Assembly: GCA_019057795.1 (NCBI GenBank)
Contig: JAHLWS010000075.1
Location: 44,498 to 108,497 of the forward strand
Origin: Promethearchaeota archaeon
GTDB lineage: Archaea > Asgardarchaeota > Lokiarchaeia > Sigyniarchaeales > SOKP01
DNA length: 64,000 bases
Direction: 5' to 3'
Position 1 is the stretch's first letter. Every line of letters starts with the position of its first letter. Under the pieces are notes generated by a model. It saw only the letters and a list, made by a program, of their open reading frames with translations. It was not told the origin of the DNA and made no database searches. Position numbers and translations under genes: made by a program. Positions 1 to 9,431 of the stretch are shown in pieces.

Positions 1-470
1 ATAAAGATTCTCTTAAGATCTTCGGGTTTAGAACAGAGATTTATATTTTCCATAGCTCTACTTAATCTGTAGCTGTGAATAATCATTTCTTTCTTTGTAC
101 TTTGCATTCCTGAATCAGAAAAATCCTTTTTATCGATAGATTTTGCTCTTCCAGCTCCAATGGGTTTATTCATTACTTCTTGAAACTCAGGACCATCTTT
201 AGAATAAAAATTTAACGAATATACTCTGTAGAACAATCTTAATTGTTTACGGAACATTCCCGCTAAAATTCCTCCGAAAATTTGAAGCTTTAAAGAGCTA
301 TTAGGGCCATTGTAAGTCCAAATCCTTTTAGTATCGTGATCTATAAGCAAATAAACTTTACGACTATTAAGATCGTCCATTATAACTTTTCCAACAATTT
401 CTCCTTCATCAACATCAACAGTCAAGAAATAAGGAAATTCGCGTAACTCAAGCGCCTCAAAAATTTGCAA
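1..470 (-). CDS. Gelsolin-like domain protein, partial (runs off the window start)
   Basis: Not in the ORF track. Manual translation from TTG at 470 gives MQIFEALELREFPYFLTVDVDEGEIVGKVIMDDLNSRKVYLLIDHDTKRIWTYNGPNSSLKLQIFGG..., open to the window edge. LNSRKVYLLIDH..RIWTYNG..SS resembles the gelsolin-repeat core. Confidence 0.65.
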   Translation of the reverse strand, partial: MQIFEALELREFPYFLTVDVDEGEIVGKVIMDDLNSRKVYLLIDHDTKRIWTYNGPNSSLKLQIFGGILAGMFRKQLRLFYRVYSLNFYSKDGPEFQEVMNKPIGAGRAKSIDKKDFSDSGMQSTKKEMIIHSYRLSRAMENINLCSKPEDLKRIF

Positions 471-636
471 ATTTTAAACCCAATTTTTTTCTATATTTTT
501 AATAGGTACTGATCTTTAAAATAAATTTTATTTTTAATAAATTATTCTGAAAAATTCTAAAACCTCAAAAATCAATAAAATATTTAAATTTTAGGACATT
601 CTTTTTAATAATTTCCTTTTGGTTAGTCTGATAATT

Positions 637-1041
637 ATGAGTTCAGAGAAAAGAGTATACAAGCTTAACATTTCTGGGGGAAGCGAAGGCCCAGGAAAGG
701 GATTATCTAAATTGATTGAGATCGATGAGAAGAAATTCCGTTTTGAAGGTATGAAGATCGGAGAGATAATTAAAGGGGGTCTAATTGGTTTTCCAAACTA
801 CGAGTTTCAAATCATGGGTGGCTCGGACGAAAGTGGTTTTCCTATGAGAAAAGACGTTCATGGCCCCGTAAAAAAGAGAATTTTAGTTTCAAAAAGAGCA
901 ATTGGTTATAAACCAAAGAGAAAAGGAGAAAAGCGAAGGAAGATGATCAGGGGTAACGAAATAAGTTATGATATGACGCTCCTAAATTTAATGGTTGTAA
1001 AATATGGAGAAACTGAACTCTTTAAAGTGAAAGAAGAATAA
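637..1041 (+). CDS. rps6e: 30S ribosomal protein S6e
   Basis: YKLNIS, GGSDESGFPMRKDVHG, GEKRRKMIRGN motifs. ATG at 637 preferred over the upstream TTG at 619. Confidence 0.95.
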   Translation: MSSEKRVYKLNISGGSEGPGKGLSKLIEIDEKKFRFEGMKIGEIIKGGLIGFPNYEFQIMGGSDESGFPMRKDVHGPVKKRILVSKRAIGYKPKRKGEKRRKMIRGNEISYDMTLLNLMVVKYGETELFKVKEE

Positions 1042-1073
1042 TAATCTAATTAACAGAGCGAGATGAAAATTCG

Positions 1074-1256
1074 ATGGTTAAAGTAAAGAAATGCTCTTTT
1101 TGCCAGGGAGATGTCTTAATAGGAAGAGGACACATGTACATTAAGAAAGATGGAACTATTCTAAATTTCTGTACACATAAATGTAGAATCGCTATGTTAG
1201 TGCAAAAAAGAAACCCCCGTAAAGTAAGATGGACGAAAGTTTATGGGAAAGAGTAA
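1074..1256 (+). CDS. rpl24e: 50S ribosomal protein L24e
   Basis: CSFC...G.G.MYIKKDG....FC..KC...RNPRKVRWT. Confidence 0.96.
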   Translation: MVKVKKCSFCQGDVLIGRGHMYIKKDGTILNFCTHKCRIAMLVQKRNPRKVRWTKVYGKE

Positions 1257-1320
1257 AATTAAAAATATTACTTTTTTAACTCTAATTCTGAATAACTATA
1301 TTTAAGATAATATTTTTAGC

Positions 1321-1521
1321 TTATTGTAGCCTTGGGAACTTTAATAGCTCCTCTATCAAGTCTACATGCGAGACAATCATTCTTTTACAACAGAACCTCT
1401 CAATACCCAACTCTTTAAAAGCGTCTTCAGCGGTTTCTCCTTTTTCTATAAGTTCCAAATAAGGTTTATAGATATGGGCTACAAGTCGTCCACATGAAAA
1501 GCATCTGATCGGTATAATCAT
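1321..1521 (-). CDS. rpoN: DNA-directed RNA polymerase subunit N (Rpo10)
   Basis: MIIPIRCFSCG...LGIERFCCKRM. Confidence 0.97.
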   Translation of the reverse strand: MIIPIRCFSCGRLVAHIYKPYLELIEKGETAEDAFKELGIERFCCKRMIVSHVDLIEELLKFPRLQ

Positions 1522-1701
1522 AATAGATAATTAAAAGTAGTATTCTAAAAAAATTTTACCATTATTGCATTCATATTCTAAAAATAACGATCTTATCCAT
1601 GATATCTTATTTTTAGCGTAAATCCAAAATTTTATTTTAAATCCTATATTTAATATTACATTAAAAATCGATGATTTATGATAATATATTAAAAATATAT
1701 A

Positions 1702-2088
1702 TTGGAAAGAGAAAAAATGAGTTATATAAAATTTAAAGTTCCTGACGCTTTAAAAAACGATATCAAGGATGTTTTATCCACGATCTCCGCTACTAGAGAT
1801 TCAAAAATAAGAAAGGGAATGAACGAGGTCACTAAATCAATTGAAAGAAGTTTAGCGAAGCTTGTTATTATGGCGGAAGATGTAAGTCCACCTGAAATTT
1901 TGTTTCATGTGCCATTGCTCTGCGAAGAAAAATCTATTCCCTATTGCTATGTTGCAACAAAAAAAGAATTGGGAAACGCCGCTCGAATTAACATCTCGTC
2001 ATCTGCTGTAGCAATTGAAACTATTGGAACTGGAAATGATAAAGCTTTAGAAGATATAATAAAAAAGTTAGAAGCATTAAAAAAATAA
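1702..2088 (+). CDS. rpl7ae: 50S ribosomal protein L7Ae
   Basis: KIRKGMNEVTKSIER..AKLVIMAEDVSPPEI..HVPLLCEEK. True start may be the ATG at 1717. Confidence 0.96.
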   Translation: MEREKMSYIKFKVPDALKNDIKDVLSTISATRDSKIRKGMNEVTKSIERSLAKLVIMAEDVSPPEILFHVPLLCEEKSIPYCYVATKKELGNAARINISSSAVAIETIGTGNDKALEDIIKKLEALKK

Positions 2089-2102
2089 TTCGGTGAAAGT
2101 CC

Positions 2103-2348
2103 TTGGTAAAGATTGAGAAAAGAAAAGGAAAAACTGCGTATGATGCCTCTATTCCTGCCGAGGTTCTTCAAATTGTTGGTAGAACTGGTTTAACCGGCGA
2201 GATCAATCAAATTAAAGTTAGAATTCTCGAAGGGCCCGATAAAAATCGAATTCTCACGAGAAATGTTAAGGGGCCTGTACAAGTTGCCGATATTGTTGTT
2301 TTAAGGGAAGTTGAAAGAGAAGCACGAAAAATTCGTAAGCGAAGATAA
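2103..2348 (+). CDS. rps28e: 30S ribosomal protein S28e
   Basis: [17 protein letters not shown]...[11 protein letters not shown]...LREVEREAR. Confidence 0.96.
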   Translation: MVKIEKRKGKTAYDASIPAEVLQIVGRTGLTGEINQIKVRILEGPDKNRILTRNVKGPVQVADIVVLREVEREARKIRKRR

Positions 2349-2368
2349 TAATATTTATTTTGATTCTA

Positions 2369-2572
2369 CTAGTCAAAATATTTAAATCCTAATAATTTCA
2401 GATTATCGTATTCGGTGTGCAAAAATTCTCGTATTGCAGTTCTTATTGCTTCTGATCTACTAGCTGTAATTTTCATTTTTATTAATTTTTGAATATTTTC
2501 ATCGTAAATCTCAGGTATGTTGATAGTTATGTTTTGCATTTTTGGTTTCTTTTCTTTTTTATTGTTTGGCAA
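2369..2572 (-). CDS. Ribbon-helix-helix (CopG/Arc-like) DNA-binding protein
   Basis: NITINIPE.....IQKLI.....SRSEAIRTAIREFL pattern. Confidence 0.85.
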   Translation of the reverse strand: MPNNKKEKKPKMQNITINIPEIYDENIQKLIKMKITASRSEAIRTAIREFLHTEYDNLKLLGFKYFD

Positions 2573-2838
2573 TTTAACTTAACCCAATCTTATTAATTTT
2601 TAAATTCAAGTTCAAAAGGAGGTATTATTTTGAATTACAAATGCTATAGTATTCTTAGCCCTTAATAAATTCCAACTTTTTAATAATAAATTATAAGTTA
2701 AACTTGTATATAAAATTATCTCTCCGATTATGAAGGTATTTAAAGAACTCTATATCAGATGTAAATAATTTTGATGTGTTTATCTTTATACTGAACAATT
2801 AATGTTAACAATTTAAGGTAGTGTGAAAAAATTTTATA

Positions 2839-3513
2839 TTATTTTCTATCTTCCTTTTTAATGTAGCGACCTCTTGTTTCTATTGTAGTCATGTTTCTTA
2901 TGATTTCTTTGCTTTCATTTACTTTTGCTTCTCCATATTCTGTGCGATAACCGTCTAAAAAGGCATCAAAACAAATTTTATAATCAATACCATGAGAAGA
3001 GAGTAAAACTCTTTTAAAAAGATGGAGATCAACGCTTTTATCTTCAATAGAATCGGAGTAATTGTGGAGTCCAAAATCTATAATGAAAATTTCTTGAATT
3101 GGAGTAATAATGATATTGCTTGTGGTAATATCACCATGAATATGGCCATTTTTGTGTAAAATAGCTATATATTTACCGATCTCATTAAAAATTTGCTGTT
3201 TTTTATCGTCTTCTATTGATTTCATAAAATCTTTTAATTTTTCTCCTTTAATATACTTCATTACGATTGTAGAGTTCTCAGTGTCAATTTCGTAAACTTG
3301 AGGAACATTTACACCATAGTTTTTAACTTTTATCAGGGCTCTAGCCTCGTTAAGGGTTCGACTAACGCGTATTTTTTTATCGAGCTGCTCTATACGATAA
3401 CTTTTAGGGCTACGGAGTTTAAATATAACTTCTTTACCAAACCAATGACCGTAGAAAAGACTTGCTTCAGCACCCTTGTGACTAAGTTTTTCTATAACAA
3501 TCTCATTAATCAA
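2839..3513 (-). CDS. bud32: KEOPS complex kinase Bud32
   Basis: KGAEA, K.R.PKSYR...LD..IR..RT..EAR, HGDITTSN, IDFGL, EDKSVDLHL, RGRY. Adjacent to kae1. Confidence 0.95.
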   Translation of the reverse strand: MINEIVIEKLSHKGAEASLFYGHWFGKEVIFKLRSPKSYRIEQLDKKIRVSRTLNEARALIKVKNYGVNVPQVYEIDTENSTIVMKYIKGEKLKDFMKSIEDDKKQQIFNEIGKYIAILHKNGHIHGDITTSNIIITPIQEIFIIDFGLHNYSDSIEDKSVDLHLFKRVLLSSHGIDYKICFDAFLDGYRTEYGEAKVNESKEIIRNMTTIETRGRYIKKEDRK

Positions 3514-3526
3514 TCTCTTAAACCAC

Positions 3527-4543
3527 CTAATCTCTCCAAGGAATTATGATTTGATCCATGCGCTCTTTAGGGTTTATTTGCGTTTCTAAAACTGTATGAC
3601 CCCCTTCAGCTTCATACCTTAGAAGGCCAGTCCATCCAATCATTGCGCCATTATCTCCCGCGTATTTTAAAGGAACAACTTCAAACCTCGCGCCATGTTC
3701 TGCACTTATATATTTAATCATTTCTTGCAACCTTTTATTAGCAGCAACACCACCAGTTAATAAAACTTCTTTTTTTTCCGTGTGAGCTAAAGCCCTTTCG
3801 GTAACTTCAGTTAACATAGCAAAAGCAGTTTCTTGCAACGAATAAGCAACATCGTTTAAATTATATTTCTTATTATAATCTTTGGACTCTAATAACCTCT
3901 TAGCGGCTGTATAGAGTCCTGAAAAAGATAAATCCATACCTTTCACAACGTAAGGCAAAGACAAATATTTATTTGATTTTAACGCTAATTTTTCGATTTT
4001 TGGGCCTCCAGGATGGGGTAATCCAACATCTCGAGCAAATGAATCTATTAAATTACCAATAGGAATATCGAGAGTCTCTCCAAAAATTTGATAACTTCCA
4101 GACTCATATGCACTAACAATCGTATTCCCACCTGATACATATAAAGTTAGAGGATCCTCAATTTTACACATTAGTCGTCCAATCTCTATGTGAGCAATGC
4201 AGTGATTAACCGCTACAATTGGAATATCTAACAGTTGAGTCAACATTCTAGCAGCTTGGGCACCAATTTTTAATATAGGTCCTAAACCAGGGCTCTTACT
4301 AAATGCGATTAAATCAATATCATGTATTGAAATACTTGCCTCTAATAACGCCTGGTTTATAATATTCATAAAATTATTAAGATGTTGCTCTTTTACTAAT
4401 GCTGGATGAAGACCACCTTTTTCAGGAATATACATATCATTAACAAGACTAAATACAGTTCCATCAAAACCTATGATACCCACGCTCCAAGTGTGAGCCG
4501 TAGATTCAATACCTAAAATTTTTTTTAATTTCATCAAAATCAC
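3527..4543 (-). CDS. kae1: tRNA N6-threonylcarbamoyladenosine synthase Kae1
   Basis: LGIESTAHT, VNHCIAHIEIG, LYVSGGNT, GETLDI, GGVAAN, DNGAMI. Confidence 0.97.
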   Translation of the reverse strand: MILMKLKKILGIESTAHTWSVGIIGFDGTVFSLVNDMYIPEKGGLHPALVKEQHLNNFMNIINQALLEASISIHDIDLIAFSKSPGLGPILKIGAQAARMLTQLLDIPIVAVNHCIAHIEIGRLMCKIEDPLTLYVSGGNTIVSAYESGSYQIFGETLDIPIGNLIDSFARDVGLPHPGGPKIEKLALKSNKYLSLPYVVKGMDLSFSGLYTAAKRLLESKDYNKKYNLNDVAYSLQETAFAMLTEVTERALAHTEKKEVLLTGGVAANKRLQEMIKYISAEHGARFEVVPLKYAGDNGAMIGWTGLLRYEAEGGHTVLETQINPKERMDQIIIPWRD

Positions 4544-4626
4544 CTAATAATATAAATATAGCAATGTTAATATGGTGTATTAAAAGGAGGTACTGAATAA
4601 GATAGTTTGGAGTTTATTATTAGAGT

Positions 4627-4854
4627 TTAAGTTGACTTAGTGCGTTTTCGAGGGGTTCGGGTTCTACTATGTCTTGCAACTGTAGCAGCTCCCTTCTTAC
4701 CTTTTCTTTTGAATATAGTGTATCCACACTTTCCGCACGACCATCTATCGTAGTGGTTCGCGAGAAATACCGAGGGGGCACACTTAGGACAGACTCTATG
4801 TGTCCTAACTAATTTACCATCTTCAATTTTATAAAATTTGGATGCGTTTGACAT
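4627..4854 (-). CDS. rps27ae: 30S ribosomal protein S27ae with basic C-terminal tail
   Basis: YKIE.GKLVR....CPKC...VFLA.H.DRW.CGKCGYT. Confidence 0.95.
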   Translation of the reverse strand: MSNASKFYKIEDGKLVRTHRVCPKCAPSVFLANHYDRWSCGKCGYTIFKRKGKKGAATVARHSRTRTPRKRTKST

Positions 4855-4891
4855 AAATTCTTCAATTTATTTTTTAATTAATTTAATAGTT

Positions 4892-5248
4892 TTATTCGTA
4901 TTCAAATAAGTGTTTGTAAGGTTCTTTTCTTTTCTTTAATTTATAAATTTCTTCTCGCGTGTCTTTGGGCAAATTTCGCACTTGAATATGAAAAGGCTCA
5001 TAGAATTGAAGTTCTTTAGAGTTCTTGTAAATATTTGCTACTCCTACATCGTATGAGCTACCGAAATGAGTTTTTATTTTACGAATTATTGTATATTTTT
5101 CGTTTGCGTTTTTCAACGCTGCAATTTTCTTCTTCACATCTAACCTATTAGGTGTACTGGCATTAAAATGATCGATTCTGAATTTTAATTCCGTTCGATC
5201 GATTAACGGGTTTACTTTTTCTTCCAAAATTTCAATATTAAACGACAT
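4892..5248 (-). CDS. rps24e: 30S ribosomal protein S24e
   Basis: NPLIDRTE...H...STPNRLDVKKKIA...KTHFG...A.IY. Located next to S27ae. Confidence 0.92.
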   Translation of the reverse strand: MSFNIEILEEKVNPLIDRTELKFRIDHFNASTPNRLDVKKKIAALKNANEKYTIIRKIKTHFGSSYDVGVANIYKNSKELQFYEPFHIQVRNLPKDTREEIYKLKKRKEPYKHLFEYE

Positions 5249-5344
5249 TTTGAACCTTTTTAATACTTTTTTTCTCAGATAATCAGTTAATTTAAAGATA
5301 ATTCTGAGTTATAAAAAATTAAAGAAACAATAAAAAATAAAATT

Positions 5345-5581
5345 TTGGTTTTTTGTAAGAAAAATATGATAAAATCTAAAAATTACTTGTTGAAAACAAG
5401 AATTATGATAATCTTTGAAGTGGCATTATTTATCATTTTGATGGTATTGTATTTGCTTCTAAAAAATGTAGTCGCCGGAATATACGTTAGCATCTTTGTT
5501 GGTTGCCTATTTTTGTGGGTATTATTGTTTATTTTAACTTTTAATCTCTATAATAAAGTAAAAAATATAAAAATGGAGTGA
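5345..5581 (+). CDS. Small two-TM membrane protein, hypothetical
   Basis: Two hydrophobic stretches. Its 3' end provides a GGAGTGA SD-like sequence for the next gene. Confidence 0.45.
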   Translation: MVFCKKNMIKSKNYLLKTRIMIIFEVALFIILMVLYLLLKNVVAGIYVSIFVGCLFLWVLLFILTFNLYNKVKNIKME

Positions 5582-5587
5582 TTTAAG

Positions 5588-6169
5588 ATGGATAAAAATT
5601 TAAAAATCCCTCCAACCGAAAGGCATAAGTTTTCTCAGCCTTTAGGTAAATTAATTGCAGGAACGCGAAAAGAAACAATCTCTGAAGTAGAAGAACATAT
5701 AAGAAATTATAAAAAAGCTAATTTTGAAGTAAAATTATATTTAGTTGGAGATATCGTAACAAAGGATTTTCTCGCGAATGAATTTCTAAAATCTTTTGTT
5801 AAAGTTTGCATCATTGACGAAAAAACTCAAAGAAATCAAATTAAAATAAAGATTGAGGATTTCTTTGAAGAAATCATTGAATTTGAAAACCCTGAAGGAG
5901 GTATTAAAAAAGAAAGTTTTATTCTTTTAGATGAGATTATAACATCTAATAAAAGAACATTATTTAAAGTTATTAAAGGCGAAGAAGATTTATTAGTCTT
6001 GCCGTTGGTTCTGAGCATCCCTCTTAACGAAACGATTAAAAGTTTAGTGTTTTACGGCCAACCACCCATAACGGATTCAAAGCGCCAGATTCCCGAAGGT
6101 ATCGTTATGGTAGATGTTAAAAAAAGGATAAAAAAAATTGTAAAGAAATTCGTATCGTTAATGAATTAA
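5588..6169 (+). CDS. GTP-dependent dephospho-CoA kinase (DUF359 family)
   Basis: PLGKL, VGDIVT, IIDEKTQR, NP.G.I, GEEDLLVLP, YGQP..G.V motifs. Conserved neighbourhood with spt4 and rps24e. Confidence 0.9.
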   Translation: MDKNLKIPPTERHKFSQPLGKLIAGTRKETISEVEEHIRNYKKANFEVKLYLVGDIVTKDFLANEFLKSFVKVCIIDEKTQRNQIKIKIEDFFEEIIEFENPEGGIKKESFILLDEIITSNKRTLFKVIKGEEDLLVLPLVLSIPLNETIKSLVFYGQPPITDSKRQIPEGIVMVDVKKRIKKIVKKFVSLMN

Positions 6170-6214
6170 TAAAAAAGATATAATACGACTTTATCATTGA
6201 GGATAAGTACTTTA

Positions 6215-6403
6215 TTACCGTACTCTTAATGCATACTTCCCAGGAAAATGGATCTTTAAATATTCTGCGAATCTAGATCCCGAAGGATTAATAATTATGA
6301 CTTCCCCGGTATAATCTTCGCTGAGACTATGGGTTTTGCATTTAGGGCAAATTTGCTCTTTTTTAGTAATTAAGTGGCAATTCTTACAAGCTTTTTCTTT
6401 CAA
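6215..6403 (-). CDS. spt4: Transcription elongation factor Spt4 (RpoE'')
   Basis: KACKNCH......CPKC....LSEDY.G.VIII.P..S..A......PGKYALRVR. Confidence 0.95.
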   Translation of the reverse strand: MKEKACKNCHLITKKEQICPKCKTHSLSEDYTGEVIIINPSGSRFAEYLKIHFPGKYALRVR

Positions 6404-6434
6404 ATATATTTTCGCCTACTTTTTAATAATGAAA

Positions 6435-7028
6435 TTATTCTTCGCTGACTTCCTCTTCCAGTTGTTTCTTATTCTTTGCTTCTTTTTCAGCGTACTCTTC
6501 CGCGATATCCGCTTCAATCCATTCTTGTTTCCCTAAAAACTTTTGGCGCATCGTCAAACCTAGTTTGCCGCTCCGCCCAGTACCTAAAGAGACGGCAATT
6601 ATTTTTGCCCTCACATCGTTGTTAACTTCAAGAATTTTTCCCGTTTCTTTACCAATAAATCGATTACCGACCTGTTCAAATGAGATATAATCATCGCATA
6701 TCTGGGAGACGTGAACTAAGCCATCTAACGGTCCTAAACGTATGAATGAGCCAAAATCTACTAACTCAACAACCTCTCCCTCAACAACCTCTCCGAGTTT
6801 AGGTTTAAAAGTTAAAATGGAGAATTCTACTTTATGAAAGGTGCTAGCGTTTCCAGGAATAATGATACCAAGTCCTACATCAAGTACATCAACAATAGCA
6901 ATAATAAAACCGTAATCTCTCGTGATAATTCCTTCATATTCGTCACTAAGGATAATTCTTGCGCTTTCTTCTTTTTTTTTGCCAAAGAGAAAAGGAGGTA
7001 TCTCAACTTTAGTAGCTAGTTGCACCAA
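6435..7028 (-). CDS. rpoE: DNA-directed RNA polymerase subunit E' (Rpo7)
   Basis: IPP..FG, GEVVEGEVVELVDFGSFIRLGPLDGLVHVSQI, LTMRQ..LGK.EWI. Confidence 0.96.
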   Translation of the reverse strand: MVQLATKVEIPPFLFGKKKEESARIILSDEYEGIITRDYGFIIAIVDVLDVGLGIIIPGNASTFHKVEFSILTFKPKLGEVVEGEVVELVDFGSFIRLGPLDGLVHVSQICDDYISFEQVGNRFIGKETGKILEVNNDVRAKIIAVSLGTGRSGKLGLTMRQKFLGKQEWIEADIAEEYAEKEAKNKKQLEEEVSEE

Positions 7029-7202
7029 TTTAAAGATTTCAGTACACCAGTTATTTTTGTTAATATTATTGTTAATAATAGTTAATATTGTTAAGACAAA
7101 TTAAGCATAAAATTAATAATTTGTGATTTTTTCGTAATAACATATTAAGCTTAGGTGATTTTATATTTTGAAAAACTGTAAAATTAAGAAAATATCCTAA
7201 TT

Positions 7203-7595
7203 TTATATTAATTGCGCTATTTTTTCGCAAGTTCTTCTACAATCTAATAAAATTAACCCGAGCCGAACCTCTTTAGTTGTAGAAACTGTTAATACCGCAT
7301 TGGGACCAGCTTGCATTACTAAAAGATACCCGTTGGAACCTTTTATATACAACTGGTCGAAATCACCCTTTCCCATTTCGATAATCGCTCTTTCGGATAA
7401 TGATAGAAGGGCGGCTGTCATTGCGGCAATTCTCGTCTCGTCTATGCCTTGTGGAAGTGCAGAAGCGATCGGAAGGCCTTCAGCTGAGACTATGGCAGCA
7501 GATTTTACTTCTGGAATTGCTCCAAGAAGTCTTTTGAGTATATCATCAAGACTATCGGGGGTATTGGGGTCCATTACTGACACTTTCTCCTTCAC
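7203..7595 (-). CDS. Roadblock/LC7 (MglB-like) domain protein
   Basis: AAIVSAEGLPIAS.LP...DETRIAAMTAALLSL.ER...E...G...Q..IKG..GY...LGLI. Start may be the ATG at 7574. Confidence 0.93.
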   Translation of the reverse strand: MKEKVSVMDPNTPDSLDDILKRLLGAIPEVKSAAIVSAEGLPIASALPQGIDETRIAAMTAALLSLSERAIIEMGKGDFDQLYIKGSNGYLLVMQAGPNAVLTVSTTKEVRLGLILLDCRRTCEKIAQLI

Positions 7596-7855
7596 TAAAT
7601 TTTTATTAGATAAATGTTATTTATTAGAATATTTATTTTAAATAGTCTATTTATTTTAAATAGATTGGTACTTTTTATTTTTATTTTTTATTCTGTTATA
7701 TAAAAATCTACTCTATTATAGGTTTATTAAAGTTTATAATATGTAGATAAAGATATGTGCCTTGCTATAACTATTATCCAAAATTACCCTTATAATTTTA
7801 TCGTTTCTAAAAAACAATTCTTATTTAGTGTTTTTTTATAAGCTTTATATGTTAC

Positions 7856-8101
7856 ATCGTTGGACGAGAAAGAGGTTAAAGGTTGTACTTTTGATAAAAC
7901 CTCTAAGAAAGTATTCATGTTGATTTAGGTCATCAATAAGTTATTTGTTTTCTTCCTTCATAATATAGCGAAACACGCAACGATTAGCTCCAGTATCGTG
8001 TCGAGATTCGAGATCCAGGAGTGAGGTATTTTTTACCAAGTTCCTTTTTTTGGTGAGGACATCACCCAAGTATTGAAAATCTAAGCCTTGGGTTTTTTTT
8101 T
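7856..8101 (+). ncRNA. Candidate structured non-coding RNA or leader, family unknown
   Basis: Less AT-rich island in an AT-rich spacer. Nested complementary segments: 7856-62/7978-84, 7871-77/7898-7904, 7905-10/7949-54, 7987-91/8018-22, 8033-40/8049-56, 8064-70/8087-93. Ends in a T9 run, with TATA-like TTTATA upstream. Confidence 0.45.
8064..8101 (+). terminator. Hairpin plus oligo-T terminator-like element
   Basis: ACCCAAG...CTTGGGT stem followed by a T-run. Confidence 0.5.
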
Positions 8102-8230
8102 CTTTAAATCATCCAATTTCATCAAAAAATACAATTAATTTTTGTTAATAATTTAATAGAAGAAACAAAAGAATAATTATTTAATAGTTAATTATAAAAA
8201 TAATTAACTTTACTGATTAAATTGCTGATT

Positions 8231-9385
8231 ATGGAATATTGGGTTTTAGTGGAGGGTCTTTATAATACAACATTATCGGTGTTTTTTTTCGTTCTTATGA
8301 GTTTGATGTATTATATTGGGATTAAGGGATATAGGGCAAAAAACAAGTATGGGGGCACCTCGTCGATTCTTTGCGGAGTTTGTTTTTTAATTTTTGGATA
8401 TTATAACTCTGTTGTCGGATTTTTAGCATTCCCTTACAACGGGTTTATGGTGTGGTGGATTGGTATGACACTACTTTTTAATCTCTTATTTACAAGAATC
8501 ATCAGAACGATTATAAATAAAATGAAGAGAGAGGAGAAAAACGAATTTAATAATAAGGAAGGTATAAATAAAGAAAAAACGATTTTAAGGAGATACATTA
8601 GAAGAATGACGAAAGAAGACCCTTATAGAGAAGAGATCCCGTTTAGGATGGAGTTATTCAGAAAAAGTTTTCATTTATCGGGATTCTTAATATTTTTAGC
8701 TTTTTTTGGTTTTATGGCAATCCCTCCAATAACTCTGCTGGTAAATGATAGCGTTATAACATTTATTAACCAAATTGGACCATCTTATGATTTATTATGG
8801 GGGGATATAGCCGATTTTCCGTATGGTTTTGGAGATTTTCGAGCTGTTGTGGAGATTACTATGTTCGCTTTAATTGCTGCTTTAGCCTTTACTATTGTAT
8901 CTGATATAATTCGAATCGTCTGGGGTCCAGAATACTCCTTCTTTAACTTCCTATCAAAGTCCTTATTGAGAAATAAAGAAAAAAATGCTGTCGGACCGCA
9001 AATTTACATAATAACGGGATTTATTTTTGCTTATATGCTTTACATGGCGGGGCTAATTCATATTTTTGTGTTTTTTGCGGGAATATTTATAGCGTGCCTT
9101 TCAGATGCATCTGCTGCTTTAATTGGAAGGAGATTTGGAAAGCATAAGATTACGCTTAGAAATAAAGACGTTAAATCTGTTGAAGGTTTTATTGCTGGCG
9201 TAGCCGTCGCATATATTATTGGTTTTATATTTGTAGGACCAATTTATGCAATAATGGGAGCTCTCGTTTTCTTTCTAATTGATTATTTACCGTCAGTTAC
9301 CGCGGATAATATATTAAATCCCATTTTTATTCCAATTGGGCTTCAACTTATGATATTCTTATTTGGATTACCTGTTGGTTGGTAA
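8231..9385 (+). CDS. CTP-dependent polyprenol/diacylglycerol kinase family membrane protein (phytol/dolichol kinase-like)
   Basis: ELFRKSFHL, LSDASAALIGRRFGKHK, KSVEGFIAG, DNILNP and multiple TM segments. Confidence 0.82.
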   Translation: MEYWVLVEGLYNTTLSVFFFVLMSLMYYIGIKGYRAKNKYGGTSSILCGVCFLIFGYYNSVVGFLAFPYNGFMVWWIGMTLLFNLLFTRIIRTIINKMKREEKNEFNNKEGINKEKTILRRYIRRMTKEDPYREEIPFRMELFRKSFHLSGFLIFLAFFGFMAIPPITLLVNDSVITFINQIGPSYDLLWGDIADFPYGFGDFRAVVEITMFALIAALAFTIVSDIIRIVWGPEYSFFNFLSKSLLRNKEKNAVGPQIYIITGFIFAYMLYMAGLIHIFVFFAGIFIACLSDASAALIGRRFGKHKITLRNKDVKSVEGFIAGVAVAYIIGFIFVGPIYAIMGALVFFLIDYLPSVTADNILNPIFIPIGLQLMIFLFGLPVGW

Positions 9386-9431
9386 TAGAAAGGTAAAGCA
9401 TATAAAAAAAATAATCTTATTAAATTTATCC

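Noticed and set aside
7856-8101. RNase P RNA, SRP RNA, tRNA or SECIS element
   Set aside because: No GAGGAAAGUCC-type P4 motif, no SRP helix 8 motif, no cloverleaf, and no UGA-interrupted selenoprotein candidate nearby.
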